64,000 nucleotides of DNA from an uncultured delta proteobacterium (lineage in GTDB: Bacteria; Desulfobacterota; RBG-13-43-22), in contig CAVQFQ010000004.1 of assembly GCA_963711835.1 (NCBI GenBank), forward strand, positions 352,001 to 416,000, written 5' to 3'. The notes under the pieces were generated by a model. That model ran no database searches and was not told where the DNA came from. It saw only the letters and a list, made by a program, of their open reading frames with translations. The position numbers were made by a program, and so were the translations under genes. Below, piece by piece: positions 30,665 through 40,112 of the stretch (within the stretch, counting starts at the first letter, position 1; the number at the start of each line of letters is the position of its first letter).

Positions 30665-32392
30665 ATGCGCTACTCTCAGACTTATATTCCCACCCTTCGG
30701 GAAAAACCGGCCGAGGCCGAAATCATCAGCCACCAACTTATGCTGAGAGCCGGCCTGATCCGCAAGCTTTCCTCCGGAATTTACAGTGTTCTGCCCCTGG
30801 GCCTGCGCTCGATCCGAAAAATGGAGACCATTATCCGGGAAGAGATGGAGCGGGCCGGGGCTCAGGAAGTCCTTCTCCCGGCCTTACAGCCGGCCGAACT
30901 CTGGCAGGAAAGCGGCCGTTGGGACAAATACGGCAAAGAGCTTTTCCGCTTCCTGGACCGCCACAACCACCCCTACTGCCTGGGACCCACCCATGAAGAG
31001 GTGATCACGGATCTGATTCGCTATGAGGTCCGCTCCTACCGCCAGCTCCCGATCAATCTGTATCAGATCCAGACCAAATTTCGGGACGAAATACGCCCCC
31101 GCTTCGGCTTGATGCGGGGACGGGAATTCGGCATGAAGGACGGCTACAGCTTTGACCGGAACGAGGCGGAAGCCGAAAAAACCTACTTCACCATGTTTGA
31201 AGCCTATACCCGGATTTTTCAACGCTGCGGTTTGCTGTTTAAGGGGGTGGAGGCCGACAGCGGGACCATCGGGGGAAGCTTTTCCCATGAGTTTATGGTC
31301 CTGGCCGAAAGCGGCGAAGATGCCATCCTGGCCTGCCCGGCCTGCAGTTACGCCGCCAATGTGGAACGGGCCGAATCGTTTGACCTGTTCCATATTGACC
31401 CGGAAGAGATTGAAAGACCCGGCCGGAAAAAAAATACCCCCGGCCGGAAAACCGTTGCCGAGGTAACCGGCTTCCTATCCCTTCCGCCCCAGCGTCTGGT
31501 GAAGACCTTGATCTATCAGACCGAAAAAGGTCCCCAGGCCGTTTTAATCCGGGGGGATCAGGAAGTCAATCCAACCAAATTGGCCAGGCATCTGGATGTC
31601 CAGGAATTGACCCTGGCCGAAGGACCTCTGGTGGAAACCCTGACCGGGGCGCCCGTCGGCTTCGCCGGAGCCCTGGGTTTAAAGCTGCCCCTCTGGGCCG
31701 ACCAAACCCTCCAGGAACTTAAAAATTTCGTCATGGGGGCCAATGAAGCCGACACCCATTTTATTGATCTCAATTGGGGCAGGGACCTTCCCCGGCCCTT
31801 CTGGGCCGATCTGCGCCAGGTCTTCCCGGAAGAACCCTGCCCCCGATGCCGAAGCCCTTTAAAGGCCTATCGGGGAATTGAAGTGGGCCATGTCTTTAAG
31901 TTGGGCGACAAATATTCACGGTCCTTGAAGGCCGCCTATCTTGACGAGCAGGGGAAGGAACAGCTCATGATCATGGGCTGCTACGGGATCGGGGTGGGAC
32001 GCACCGTAGCGGCGGCCATTGAACAGCAACATGACCAGGACGGCATCATCTGGCCCATGGCCCTGGCCCCCTTCCAGGTGATCCTCAGTCCGGTGGAATG
32101 GAAGCCCGGAAGCCCGGTTACGGAGGCGGCGGCCTCGCTTTATGAATCTCTGAGGCGGGAGGGGGTAGAGGTCCTCTTGGATGACCGGGATGAACGACCG
32201 GGCATCAAGTTCAAAGACGCCGACCTGATCGGGATCCCCATCCGGGTAACCATTGGCCCAAAGGGGCTTTCCGAGGGAAAAGTGGAAATCCGCCGGCGCC
32301 GTTCGAAGGAGACTATCCTGGTGGACAAGGATCAGGCCCTGGCCTCTATAAAAGGGATTATTGCTGAGGCCCTGGAACCCTCGACCCCATAA
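30665..32392 (+). CDS. proS: Proline--tRNA ligase
   Basis: SHQLMLRAG, LGPTHEE, KFRDEIRPRFGLMRGREF, MGCYGIG. Confidence 0.97.
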   Translation: MRYSQTYIPTLREKPAEAEIISHQLMLRAGLIRKLSSGIYSVLPLGLRSIRKMETIIREEMERAGAQEVLLPALQPAELWQESGRWDKYGKELFRFLDRHNHPYCLGPTHEEVITDLIRYEVRSYRQLPINLYQIQTKFRDEIRPRFGLMRGREFGMKDGYSFDRNEAEAEKTYFTMFEAYTRIFQRCGLLFKGVEADSGTIGGSFSHEFMVLAESGEDAILACPACSYAANVERAESFDLFHIDPEEIERPGRKKNTPGRKTVAEVTGFLSLPPQRLVKTLIYQTEKGPQAVLIRGDQEVNPTKLARHLDVQELTLAEGPLVETLTGAPVGFAGALGLKLPLWADQTLQELKNFVMGANEADTHFIDLNWGRDLPRPFWADLRQVFPEEPCPRCRSPLKAYRGIEVGHVFKLGDKYSRSLKAAYLDEQGKEQLMIMGCYGIGVGRTVAAAIEQQHDQDGIIWPMALAPFQVILSPVEWKPGSPVTEAAASLYESLRREGVEVLLDDRDERPGIKFKDADLIGIPIRVTIGPKGLSEGKVEIRRRRSKETILVDKDQALASIKGIIAEALEPSTP

Positions 32393-32414
32393 ACCCATGA
32401 CCCCTTAGCCCTTC

Positions 32415-34565
32415 ATGATCCGCATCAATACCATCATCGATCAGATCTTGTCCTATTGGCCCCAGGCCAATATCGATCTGATCGAAAAAGCCTATGTCTT
32501 CTCGGCCAAAGTGCACGAGGGGCAGGTCCGGCTTTCCGGTGAAGCCTACCTTTCTCATCCCCTGGAAGTGGCCTGGCTGCTGACCCAGATGAATATGGAC
32601 CTGATTACGATTGCCGCCGGCCTGCTCCACGATACCATTGAGGACACCCTGGCCACCCCGGAAATGATCAGAGAAAAATTCGGCCCCGAGGTCCTCGGCA
32701 TCGTCAACGGGGTCACCAAAATAAGCGCCATTCATTTCCAGAGCCAGGAGGAAAGGCAGGCCGAAAATATCCGCAAGATGATCCTGGCCATGTCCGACGA
32801 TATTCGGGTGATCCTGGTCAAGCTGGCCGACCGCCTGCACAACCTGCGGACCCTGGGCTATCATCCCCTTGAGAAACAAAGGAACATCGCCCAGGAAACC
32901 CTCGATATTTACGCCCCGCTTGCTGCCCGACTGGGCATGCATCGTATCCAATCCGAACTGGAAGACCTCTGCCTTTATTATCTCGAACCGGAGGCTTACC
33001 AGATCATCAAAGCAGGCGTGGCCAGCAACCGGGAGGAGCGGGAGCGCACCATTCGGGAAGTCAAAGAAATCCTCCAGAAAAAAATGGACTCGGAGGGACT
33101 TTCGGCCCGGGTGGAGGGCAGACCCAAGCATTTTTACAGCATCTACCGAAAAACCATCACCCAGAACCTCGATATCAGCCAGTTGTATGATCTGATTGCC
33201 TTTCGGGTCATCGTCAAAGAGGTGGCCGAATGCTACGAGGCCCTGGGTCATATCCACTCCCTTTGGAAGCCTATTCCCGGAAAATTTAAAGACTACGTCA
33301 GCCTGCCCAAGGCCAACCACTATCAATCCCTGCACACCAAAGTGATCGGCCCGGTCGGAGAACGGATCGAGATCCAGATTCGGACCGAGGAGATGCACCG
33401 GGCAGCCGAAGAAGGGATCGCTTCCCACTGGCAATACAAGGAAGGCCAGTCCCCGGATGAAACCGACGCCAAAAAATTTAGCTGGGTGCGCCAGCTCCTC
33501 GAATCCCAGAAGGAAGTCAAAGACCCTAAGGAGTTTCTGGAATCGGTCCGGATTGATCTCTTTCCCGACGAAGTCTACGTATTTACCCCCGCGGGGGACG
33601 TCAAGATGTTGCCCAAGGGATCCACCCCCATTGATTTTGCCTATGCCATCCACAGCGATGTGGGACACCACTGCACCGGGGCCCGGGTCAATAAAAAAAT
33701 GGTCCCCTTGCGTCATGTCCTGCAACACGGCGACCTGGTGGAAGTCATCACGTCAGCCGGACACCTGCCCAGTAAGGATTGGTTGAAGATCGTCAAAACG
33801 TCTAAGGCCAAAAACCGGATCAGGCAGTGGATCAAGACCGAGGAACGAAAACGCAGTATTGATATCGGCAAGGATTTATTGGAAAAGGAAATCCGCAAGA
33901 GTCCGCTGAATCTGGCCCAGCAGATGAAGGGCGAAGCCTTGCTGCAGGTCGCTCAGGATCTTTCGTTTCAACGGCTGGAGGACCTTTTGGCCGGCATCGG
34001 CTTCGGTAAAATTTCACCCCGGCAGATCATAAACCGCCTGCTGCCGAAGGAGGAGGCCGAAGAGAAAAAAGAAGCCCCAGGCCCCCCCCTGATTCGGAAA
34101 AAACAGGGGAAGAAACAGGGGGGGGTCTTGATTAAGGGGATTCATGACGTCATGACCCGCTTTGGCAAATGCTGCAACCCGCTTCCCGGCGATCCCATTC
34201 TGGGCTTTATTACCCGAGGCCGGGGCATTACCGTACACGCCCGGGCCTGCCCCCAGGCCGCCCTGGAAGACCCGGAGAGGCTGGTGGAGGTCCAGTGGGA
34301 TTTGTCCGAGAAGCAGTTCTATCCGGTCAAGATTGAAATTTGGTCCAACGACAAAAAAGGGATGCTGGCCGAGGTCAGCAGCACCATCGCCTCGGCCGAG
34401 TCCAACATCCTAAAGGCGGACGTCTTAACGACTACCGACAGGAAGGGTTATCTCCAATTTATCATCGAAGTGACGGACACCCGCCATTTACAAACCGTCA
34501 TGTCCAGCCTGAAAAAAATCAAAGGCGTCCTGACCGTCACCCGTTCCTTCGAAAAGCTGGTCTAA
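32415..34565 (+). CDS. relA: Bifunctional (p)ppGpp synthetase/hydrolase (RelA/SpoT family)
   Basis: HD motif LLHDTIED, KLADRLHN, YQSLHT, EIQIRT; TGS and ACT domains. Confidence 0.96.
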   Translation: MIRINTIIDQILSYWPQANIDLIEKAYVFSAKVHEGQVRLSGEAYLSHPLEVAWLLTQMNMDLITIAAGLLHDTIEDTLATPEMIREKFGPEVLGIVNGVTKISAIHFQSQEERQAENIRKMILAMSDDIRVILVKLADRLHNLRTLGYHPLEKQRNIAQETLDIYAPLAARLGMHRIQSELEDLCLYYLEPEAYQIIKAGVASNREERERTIREVKEILQKKMDSEGLSARVEGRPKHFYSIYRKTITQNLDISQLYDLIAFRVIVKEVAECYEALGHIHSLWKPIPGKFKDYVSLPKANHYQSLHTKVIGPVGERIEIQIRTEEMHRAAEEGIASHWQYKEGQSPDETDAKKFSWVRQLLESQKEVKDPKEFLESVRIDLFPDEVYVFTPAGDVKMLPKGSTPIDFAYAIHSDVGHHCTGARVNKKMVPLRHVLQHGDLVEVITSAGHLPSKDWLKIVKTSKAKNRIRQWIKTEERKRSIDIGKDLLEKEIRKSPLNLAQQMKGEALLQVAQDLSFQRLEDLLAGIGFGKISPRQIINRLLPKEEAEEKKEAPGPPLIRKKQGKKQGGVLIKGIHDVMTRFGKCCNPLPGDPILGFITRGRGITVHARACPQAALEDPERLVEVQWDLSEKQFYPVKIEIWSNDKKGMLAEVSSTIASAESNILKADVLTTTDRKGYLQFIIEVTDTRHLQTVMSSLKKIKGVLTVTRSFEKLV

Positions 34566-34591
34566 AAGAAGGCCCCATGACCTTAGCGGAA
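34460..34591 (+). repeat. relA 3'-end direct repeat, left copy (attL-like)
   Basis: ~132 bp, about 90% identical by eye to 43652-43783. Confidence 0.9.
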
Positions 34592-34637
34592 ATTCCAGGG
34601 ACCGCCTCCCCTGCTCGTCGAACGTCATCTCCACCGG

Positions 34638-35645
34638 ATGACCATCACCCTCAATCGTCCCCACCTTATTAATGCCCTTTCCTTGGAGATGATCCGGGAT
34701 TTTCAAATCGCCCTGGATGAGGCTGAAAACGAAGCCGACCTTCAGTTTGTGCTGCTCCTGGGGAATGGAGCCAGGGGATTTTGTGCCGGAGGCGACCTGA
34801 GGGCCCTGGCGGAGGCGGTAAGACGAAAAGATTTTGAAGAGGCCGATCGGTTTTTTAAGCAGGAATATGCCCTGGATTTGAGTATCCATCGCTTTTCCAA
34901 ACCCATCATTGTCCTGGCCGACGGGATTACCATGGGAGGCGGGCTGGGGCTGAGCGCCGGTGCGGATATCGTAGTCGCCACTGAAAACTCCCGCATGGCC
35001 ATGCCTGAAACCCAAATTGGCTTTTTCCCTGATGTCGGCGCCAGCCGCTGGCTCTTTGACAAGTGCCCCGGCGGCTATCCGGAATTCCTGGGACTGACGG
35101 GCTATGAATTGATCGGGGCAGAATGTGTCCGGGTCGGGCTGGCATCGGTTCTGGTTCAGGCCGGCCGCTTGGCGAAAGTCAGGGAAAAATTGGAGGGTTT
35201 TTCGGGAAGGTTGGCCAAGGATAAAAAAGAAGCCGTATTGCAGCTTTGGGATCTTATCAACCCATTTGTTGACCCGGTTATTACACAAAGGCCGGAAATG
35301 GATCGCTGGGTGGCCGCCCATTTTTCGGGGAAGAAATCTCTTCAAAAGATCAAGGCCTCTCTATCGCAAGACCCTTTACACCATCCCTTAAGTCTCGATG
35401 CCCTCCAGCGTTTAGAGGAACGCTCCCCGACGGCCCTGGTCCTGACCCTGGAACTGCTTCGCCTCAATCAAAGGCGCCCTTTGGAGGAGGCTTTCGCCGT
35501 AGAAGCCGGGGCGGCCCATTTTATCATCCAACACCCCGACTACCTGGAAGGCATTCGGGCCCGCCTCCTGGATCGGGACAACCGTCCCCGCTGGCAACCC
35601 TCCCGAATAGAAGAAGTGCCGCCCCTGAAGAAAATTTTTTTATAA
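34638..35645 (+). CDS. Enoyl-CoA hydratase/3-hydroxyisobutyryl-CoA hydrolase family protein
   Basis: ITLNRP..INAL, FCAGGDL, GITMGGG, AMPETQIGFFPDVG, EGIRARLLDRD..PRW. Confidence 0.9.
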   Translation: MTITLNRPHLINALSLEMIRDFQIALDEAENEADLQFVLLLGNGARGFCAGGDLRALAEAVRRKDFEEADRFFKQEYALDLSIHRFSKPIIVLADGITMGGGLGLSAGADIVVATENSRMAMPETQIGFFPDVGASRWLFDKCPGGYPEFLGLTGYELIGAECVRVGLASVLVQAGRLAKVREKLEGFSGRLAKDKKEAVLQLWDLINPFVDPVITQRPEMDRWVAAHFSGKKSLQKIKASLSQDPLHHPLSLDALQRLEERSPTALVLTLELLRLNQRRPLEEAFAVEAGAAHFIIQHPDYLEGIRARLLDRDNRPRWQPSRIEEVPPLKKIFL

Positions 35646-35860
35646 TATTTTTGCCCGGCCGACACTGGCCAGATCAGCCCCCTTTCACAAGGCGAAAAAT
35701 ACTCAGTGTCTCTAAGATCCCAGGTCCTCCCGAACAGGTCCATCCGGATATCTGGTACCCTATCCTCCCCATTTAAAGGCTCAGCAAGGCAGTCCAAATA
35801 AGTTCACTCAGCAACAACGTTCCCCTCCGACTATTATGGGTCTGATTGGGTTGTATTCTA

Positions 35861-36220
35861 TTATTTCTTGTCTTTCTTTCCCTCGGATTTGGTCTTCTTC
35901 TCCGATTTTTCTTTTTCCCCTTTCTTTCCCTGCACTTCTACTTTGGCCTCTTTCCTTGATTCTTTCTTGGCGTTCTTCCCAGATGCCAGCTTTTCAGCCT
36001 TCGCTTGCGCCAGATCCAGGTCTTGTTTCTCCTGATCGGCAATGCGGGCCACCCGAAAATCAGCTTTTCTCACTTCAGCCTTCAGCTTTCGTACTATAAC
36101 ATTTTTCTTGATATCGTCGTTCTTGAGCCCTTTCTCCTTCAGAAAAGCCCGCTGGGCGTCAAGATTTTTCAGGGCACTCTTCTTTTGATTTTCCACGTTG
36201 ATCTTGGCTCTAATATCCAT
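35861..36220 (-). CDS. Lysine-rich hypothetical protein
   Basis: 119-aa ORF with RBS GGAGGG; helical, highly charged. Confidence 0.65.
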   Translation of the reverse strand: MDIRAKINVENQKKSALKNLDAQRAFLKEKGLKNDDIKKNVIVRKLKAEVRKADFRVARIADQEKQDLDLAQAKAEKLASGKNAKKESRKEAKVEVQGKKGEKEKSEKKTKSEGKKDKK

Positions 36221-36516
36221 TCAGTTCCCTCCTTCAATAGAAATAGTGTTTTAATTTATTCAATCAATTTAACCTGCTGAACATGATGGCGAAAGTATTG
36301 GCATAAGGCAAGTTGTAGATCCCGAGCTATTCGAGGGAGGTCCGCCCCTGACCTGATCCGGGGGAATCCAGGGAATTTATGTTTACCTCGATGTTGCAAA
36401 AGCCGAGGATGCTTAAGAATTTTCTTTGATGGGAAGAGTATAAGGCAAGAAAAAGACCGGGGCAAGGAGAAAAGCAGGTCGAAAGTTAAGGGGACGAAGG
36501 ACGTATTCTTCTCCAT

Positions 36517-36640
36517 TCATGCAGGAATCAAAAAACCTTCTTCGGGCCGGGGTGGCCTGGTCTAACGATTCGATCCTTTCGGGCTCTCTTCGGGCCATAC
36601 AATACCAATTCAACTAATTTAAGAACGTCCCGGTCTCCAT
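36517..36640 (-). repeat. Array unit 1: GAGACCGGGACGTTC boundary + diverged NERD-gene 5' stub
   Basis: ATG 36598 gives MARREPERIESLDQATP..., which aligns with MARMHPEDIEGLESATE of the other copies. Confidence 0.7.
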
Positions 36641-36756
36641 TTAATTTTTCCCATAGTCCCCTTGGTCTGATTCCAGATACCGATTAACAAGTAATGCAAC
36701 TTAGAACCAACATCCCACCCTACGACCTGCGTTATATTTCGGAGCGGAGCTCCGTT

Positions 36757-37137
36757 TTAGTCTACTACCTCAATATCAGTGTCCGTTTGATATTCCCTTA
36801 TCCGGTTTTTCTGAATAATCCAGAGTTTCCCTTGAATATCTTTTTCCCCCAGGGCAACCAATAGGGTCCGGCAAAGAATGAGCAAATCGCTATAGCTTGG
36901 GCGGGAGAAGGCGAAAAACCGCAATCCCATAATATGATTTGGAGGAAAAAGTAAAGGATTGGCAAAATCCAGATCCAACGTAACCATACATCGTTTTTCG
37001 GATTGGCAGACGGAAACAACTTTTTTATCAGGAGACCCGGCCATCCCCTGGCTGATCACCGATTCGGTGTTGTGTCCGGCCTGACGAAATATTTCCGCCG
37101 CCGCCTTGCTAAGATTTTCATCCAGTTTTAACTTCAT
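36757..37137 (-). CDS. DUF5615 family PIN-like toxin (internal segment appears doubly frameshifted)
   Basis: MKLKLDENL, VTLDLDF; the expected YGIAVFRL reads in a shifted frame. Confidence 0.8.
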   Translation of the reverse strand: MKLKLDENLSKAAAEIFRQAGHNTESVISQGMAGSPDKKVVSVCQSEKRCMVTLDLDFANPLLFPPNHIMGLRFFAFSRPSYSDLLILCRTLLVALGEKDIQGKLWIIQKNRIREYQTDTDIEVVD

Positions 37138-37385
37138 TGCCGAACCTCTATGGGATATTCAAAGTAGCGTTCGCGTGCCATCTCCGCCCCATAGGCAATG
37201 CAGGCCAGGATATCCTCTTCCTCCAAGTCATATTCCTTCATGATTTCTTCGATTTTCATTCCGCCGGCCAGGAAGTCAAGGATCAACGACACCCAAATTC
37301 TCCGGCCACGGATACAGGGCTTTCCAAAGCAAATCTCGGGATGGATGGTAATTCTTGAAAGCAGTTCTTCCTTAGTCATGATCAT
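37134..37385 (-). CDS. DUF433 family antitoxin
   Basis: RITIHPEICFGKPCIRGRRI...EDILACIAY. Confidence 0.92.
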   Translation of the reverse strand: MIMTKEELLSRITIHPEICFGKPCIRGRRIWVSLILDFLAGGMKIEEIMKEYDLEEEDILACIAYGAEMARERYFEYPIEVRQ

Positions 37386-37494
37386 ACCTCCTCTTCCCGA
37401 ATTTCTTTATCGGAGAAGAAATAGAATTTAATAACAAAACACCGTTTCTGCCGGCCAGGTGTAATAAAACCTCCTCATTTCCTGACTTATCCAA

Positions 37495-37790
37495 ATTATA
37501 ACAGAAAACCGAGGTTATTTCCGAATAATTCTACCGGTTGGCAACCGCTCAGGCAATTCTTCCGCCCGGGCGGCCCGCACCACCGCGGAAGTAGTCAGGC
37601 CGAGGAACCGGGCCACGGCCGCAGCGGGATACCCCATCTCACCCACAGAGGCTCGACTAAACGCTCTTCGGGCTTCAGAAACCTTCCGCTTCCCGGAGGA
37701 AACGAAAAACCTTCCTTTCGCCCTCGGTGGGGCTTTCCAATCCTTCGATATCCTCGGGGTGCATGCGGGCCATGTCAATTTAATTCCACG
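37495..37790 (-). repeat. Array unit 2: NERD stub fused to transposase C-terminal remnant, ending in an extended -10 box
   Basis: ~296 bp, near-identical to 39073-39368. Confidence 0.9.
37515..37697 (-). pseudogene. C-terminal HTH remnant of a Y1/RAYT-like (REP-associated tyrosine) transposase
   Basis: GKRKVSEARRAFSRASVGEMGYPAAAVARFLGLTTSAVVRAA resembles the DnaA-C/TrpR-like tail of deltaproteobacterial RAYTs (recognition from memory). Confidence 0.55.
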
Positions 37791-37891
37791 TATTCAAAAC
37801 CGTCTGGATTCCATCGCCTGTAAATTTGTGCTAAAGGGAGAGGCTGGTCTTTAATTATCTTGAGGATATTTGAAAGCCCGGTCCCACTGCT

Positions 37892-38221
37892 CTAAATTTC
37901 AAGCCAAAGGCGCAAGGAACCGTCCAACTGATTTGCATCATTAAGGGAAAGTTTTCCGAGGGTTTTTAAAATCAGACCACTGTCAATGGTATAAAGGCCC
38001 CTTTTGACAGCCGTGGGAACATTCAGGCCCGAATTCCTCCAGCCCGATAAAACAAATTCTCCAGATAATAACGACAAAAGCCTGCTGGTAAGGGGAACGA
38101 TGAATAAATCTTTGGATTCCTCCTGGGTGCCCACGATAACTGCCGGTCTTACTTTTGAATTTGATAGATCTGAAAAGGGATACCTGACCAGAACAACCGC
38201 AGACTTAGAGAAGTTTGGCAT
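37892..38221 (-). CDS. PemK/MazF family toxin
   Basis: VVLVRYPFSDLSNSKVRPAVIV...VPLTS. Confidence 0.9.
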   Translation of the reverse strand: MPNFSKSAVVLVRYPFSDLSNSKVRPAVIVGTQEESKDLFIVPLTSRLLSLLSGEFVLSGWRNSGLNVPTAVKRGLYTIDSGLILKTLGKLSLNDANQLDGSLRLWLEI

Positions 38222-38405
38222 AGACCTCATCCTCAAGATTATTCCATATCTTATCTAAAGAAGGTTGGCTGACGGTCTGCCAGAATTTTGTGGCGGAATC
38301 ACTCGGGAGGACGGTGACCAAGACCTCTGTACCTTCCGGAAGGTCTGTCTCTTCCAGAAGCACCACTTTCTTTTCACGAACAACGGCTTTGAAGGTACTT
38401 AACAT
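38205..38405 (-). CDS. Antitoxin (AF2212/DUF104-like)
   Basis: MLSTFKAVVREKKVVLLEETDLPEGTEVLVTV; RBS AAGGAG; overlaps the toxin start. Confidence 0.75.
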   Translation of the reverse strand: MLSTFKAVVREKKVVLLEETDLPEGTEVLVTVLPSDSATKFWQTVSQPSLDKIWNNLEDEVYAKLL

Positions 38406-38507
38406 AACTTTCTCCTTAAAATTGTATCGAGCGGTTTCTCTTGCCAAGGTGTTGACCCACAAATAGAGGGATGTCTGTTCGACAACTTCCACGGATTGAA
38501 GTTTATT

Positions 38508-38696
38508 TTAGCCTGTTTTATCTATTTTTGAAAGAACGAAGTCGGGTTCCTTGCCCTGTTCCCCGATGGTTGGCTCATACCAGGCTATGAAATCCCTGTC
38601 TGGCCGGGTCGTTTCTCGAAGAAATCGAAAGACCTTCCGCTCGCCCTCGGTGGCGCTTTCCAGGCCTTCGATATCCTCGGGGTGCATGCGGGCCAT
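38508..38696 (-). pseudogene. Array unit 3: longest 5' stub of a NERD-domain nuclease(-helicase) gene
   Basis: MARMHPEDIEGLESATEGERKVFRFLRETTRPDRDFIAWYEPTIGEQGKEPDFVL; truncated just after the PDF motif. Confidence 0.75.
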
Positions 38697-38704
38697 ATCA
38701 ATTT

Positions 38705-38783
38705 AATTCCACGGAAACAAGAACGTCTCGGTCTCTATGCTAATTTCTTCTGCACTCTCAGAACGAACGTCCCCAATTCCACG
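38705..38783 (-). repeat. Array junction: two GACGTTC motifs 44 nt apart, bracketed by 9-bp direct repeat AATTCCACG
   Basis: Near-identical to 40201-40279. Confidence 0.85.
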
Positions 38784-38784
38784 A

Positions 38785-39042
38785 TTAATCTGCATCTCTA
38801 AGCTCTTTCTCTACCTCATCGGCCGTGTACTGAAAAGGCGAAACTTCAAACCGGGCCAGAGAAAAAATAAAGTCAGCCCTGCTGACCCCGGCTACCTCAG
38901 CGGCCTTTTCCTGGGATATTATTCCCATTTCATACCACTTGACGGCGGCTGCCAGGCGCATTTCGGCCGCAAACTCCGAGGGACTTTTCCTTATGGCGGA
39001 AAAAGCGGTTTCGGGCATATCTATCTGTAAAACAACGGACAT
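38785..39042 (-). CDS. UPF0175 family protein (orphan antitoxin)
   Basis: EMRLAAAVKWYEMGIISQEKAAEVAGVSRADF; RBS GGAGGTGA. Confidence 0.9.
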   Translation of the reverse strand: MSVVLQIDMPETAFSAIRKSPSEFAAEMRLAAAVKWYEMGIISQEKAAEVAGVSRADFIFSLARFEVSPFQYTADEVEKELRDAD

Positions 39043-39072
39043 AAATCACCTCCCATAGCCTGAATAGCCTTG

Positions 39073-39368
39073 ATTATACCAGAAAGCCGAGGTTATTTCC
39101 GAATAATTCTACCCGGTGGGCAACCGGCCAGGCAATTCTTCCGCCCGGGCGGCCTGCACCACCGCGGAAGTAGTCAGGCTGAGGAACCGGGCCACGGCCG
39201 CGCGGGATACCCCATCTCACCCACAGAGGCTCGACTAAACGCTCTTCGGGCTTCAGAAACCTTCCGCTTCCCGGAGGAAACGAAAGACCTTCCTTTCGCC
39301 CTCGGTGGGGCTTTCCAAGCCTTCGATATCCTCGGGGTGCATGCGGGCCATGTCAATTTAATTCCACG
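39073..39368 (-). repeat. Array unit 4: duplicate of 37495-37790 (NERD stub + transposase remnant)
   Basis: Near-identical, with a few substitutions and small indels. Confidence 0.9.
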
Positions 39369-39604
39369 AATTTAAGAACGTCTTTGGTTCCATAAGTTCA
39401 CTCAGTACTTACGTCCCCTCCGTTTCAAAAATCAGGTGAAAAAAGGACCTAACGCAGAAGACTTGGCGAAAACTGGAGTGGGGTGATTTGGGCTGAGGCT
39501 TCATTACCATCACCAACGAATTGGTATGAGAAAAGGGATTGTTGACAGAAGCATCGCGTTCAAGGATAATCACAAAAATGAGCCGTTAAAAAGTGGAGGA
39601 TATT

Positions 39605-39820
39605 ATGAAAGCCGTAAAACGTAAAGTGACGGATATGACAGTAGACGAACTGAAGGGTGTCATCCATGAAGTGATCGCCGAAGACATGGAGGCCTGGCGA
39701 GAAACCTATGAAATCATGGCGGACAGCAAACTCATGAATCAGATCCGACAGGCGGACCGGGACCGGGCAGTCGGCAAAAAAGGCTCCTTCATCGCCTGGG
39801 ACAAGCTGAAAAATGCCTAA
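39605..39820 (+). CDS. Putative antitoxin upstream of RelE
   Basis: RBS GGAGGA; overlaps the toxin start; ETYEIMADSKLMNQIRQA. Confidence 0.75.
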   Translation: MKAVKRKVTDMTVDELKGVIHEVIAEDMEAWRETYEIMADSKLMNQIRQADRDRAVGKKGSFIAWDKLKNA

Positions 39821-40073
39821 GATCATTCTCCATCGGAACGCAGCCAAATTCTACCGGAATGCCGACGAAGTTCTTAAGAACAGAATTGTGAATGCCGTTG
39901 ACGCCATGGCCCGGAATCCCCGCCTGGACGGACCTATCAAGAAATTGAAAGGGGAACTCAAGCACCTGTATCGCTTCCGTATAGGCGATCTGCGCATCCT
40001 GTACGAGATAGACGATTCTGAAGATACCGTATGGGTCAAAACAATCGAATGGAGAGGATCGGCATACAAATGA
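39813..40073 (+). CDS. RelE/ParE family toxin
   Basis: IKKLKGELKHLYRFRIGDLRILYEID...RGSAYK. Confidence 0.92.
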   Translation: MPKIILHRNAAKFYRNADEVLKNRIVNAVDAMARNPRLDGPIKKLKGELKHLYRFRIGDLRILYEIDDSEDTVWVKTIEWRGSAYK

Positions 40074-40112
40074 ATATGCTTGTGTGGGTTAAACCAAGTT
40101 AAAAAGTAAAAT

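Noticed and set aside
32358-33728. 456-aa minus-strand ORF and similar long antisense ORFs (8490..9194, 12846..13904, 34488..35345, 61202..61930)
   Set aside because: Shadow frames of well-supported genes on the opposite strand, with no recognisable motifs.
37495-39368. DGR template/variable repeat pair
   Set aside because: Differences are not adenine-specific, include indels, and there is no reverse transcriptase.
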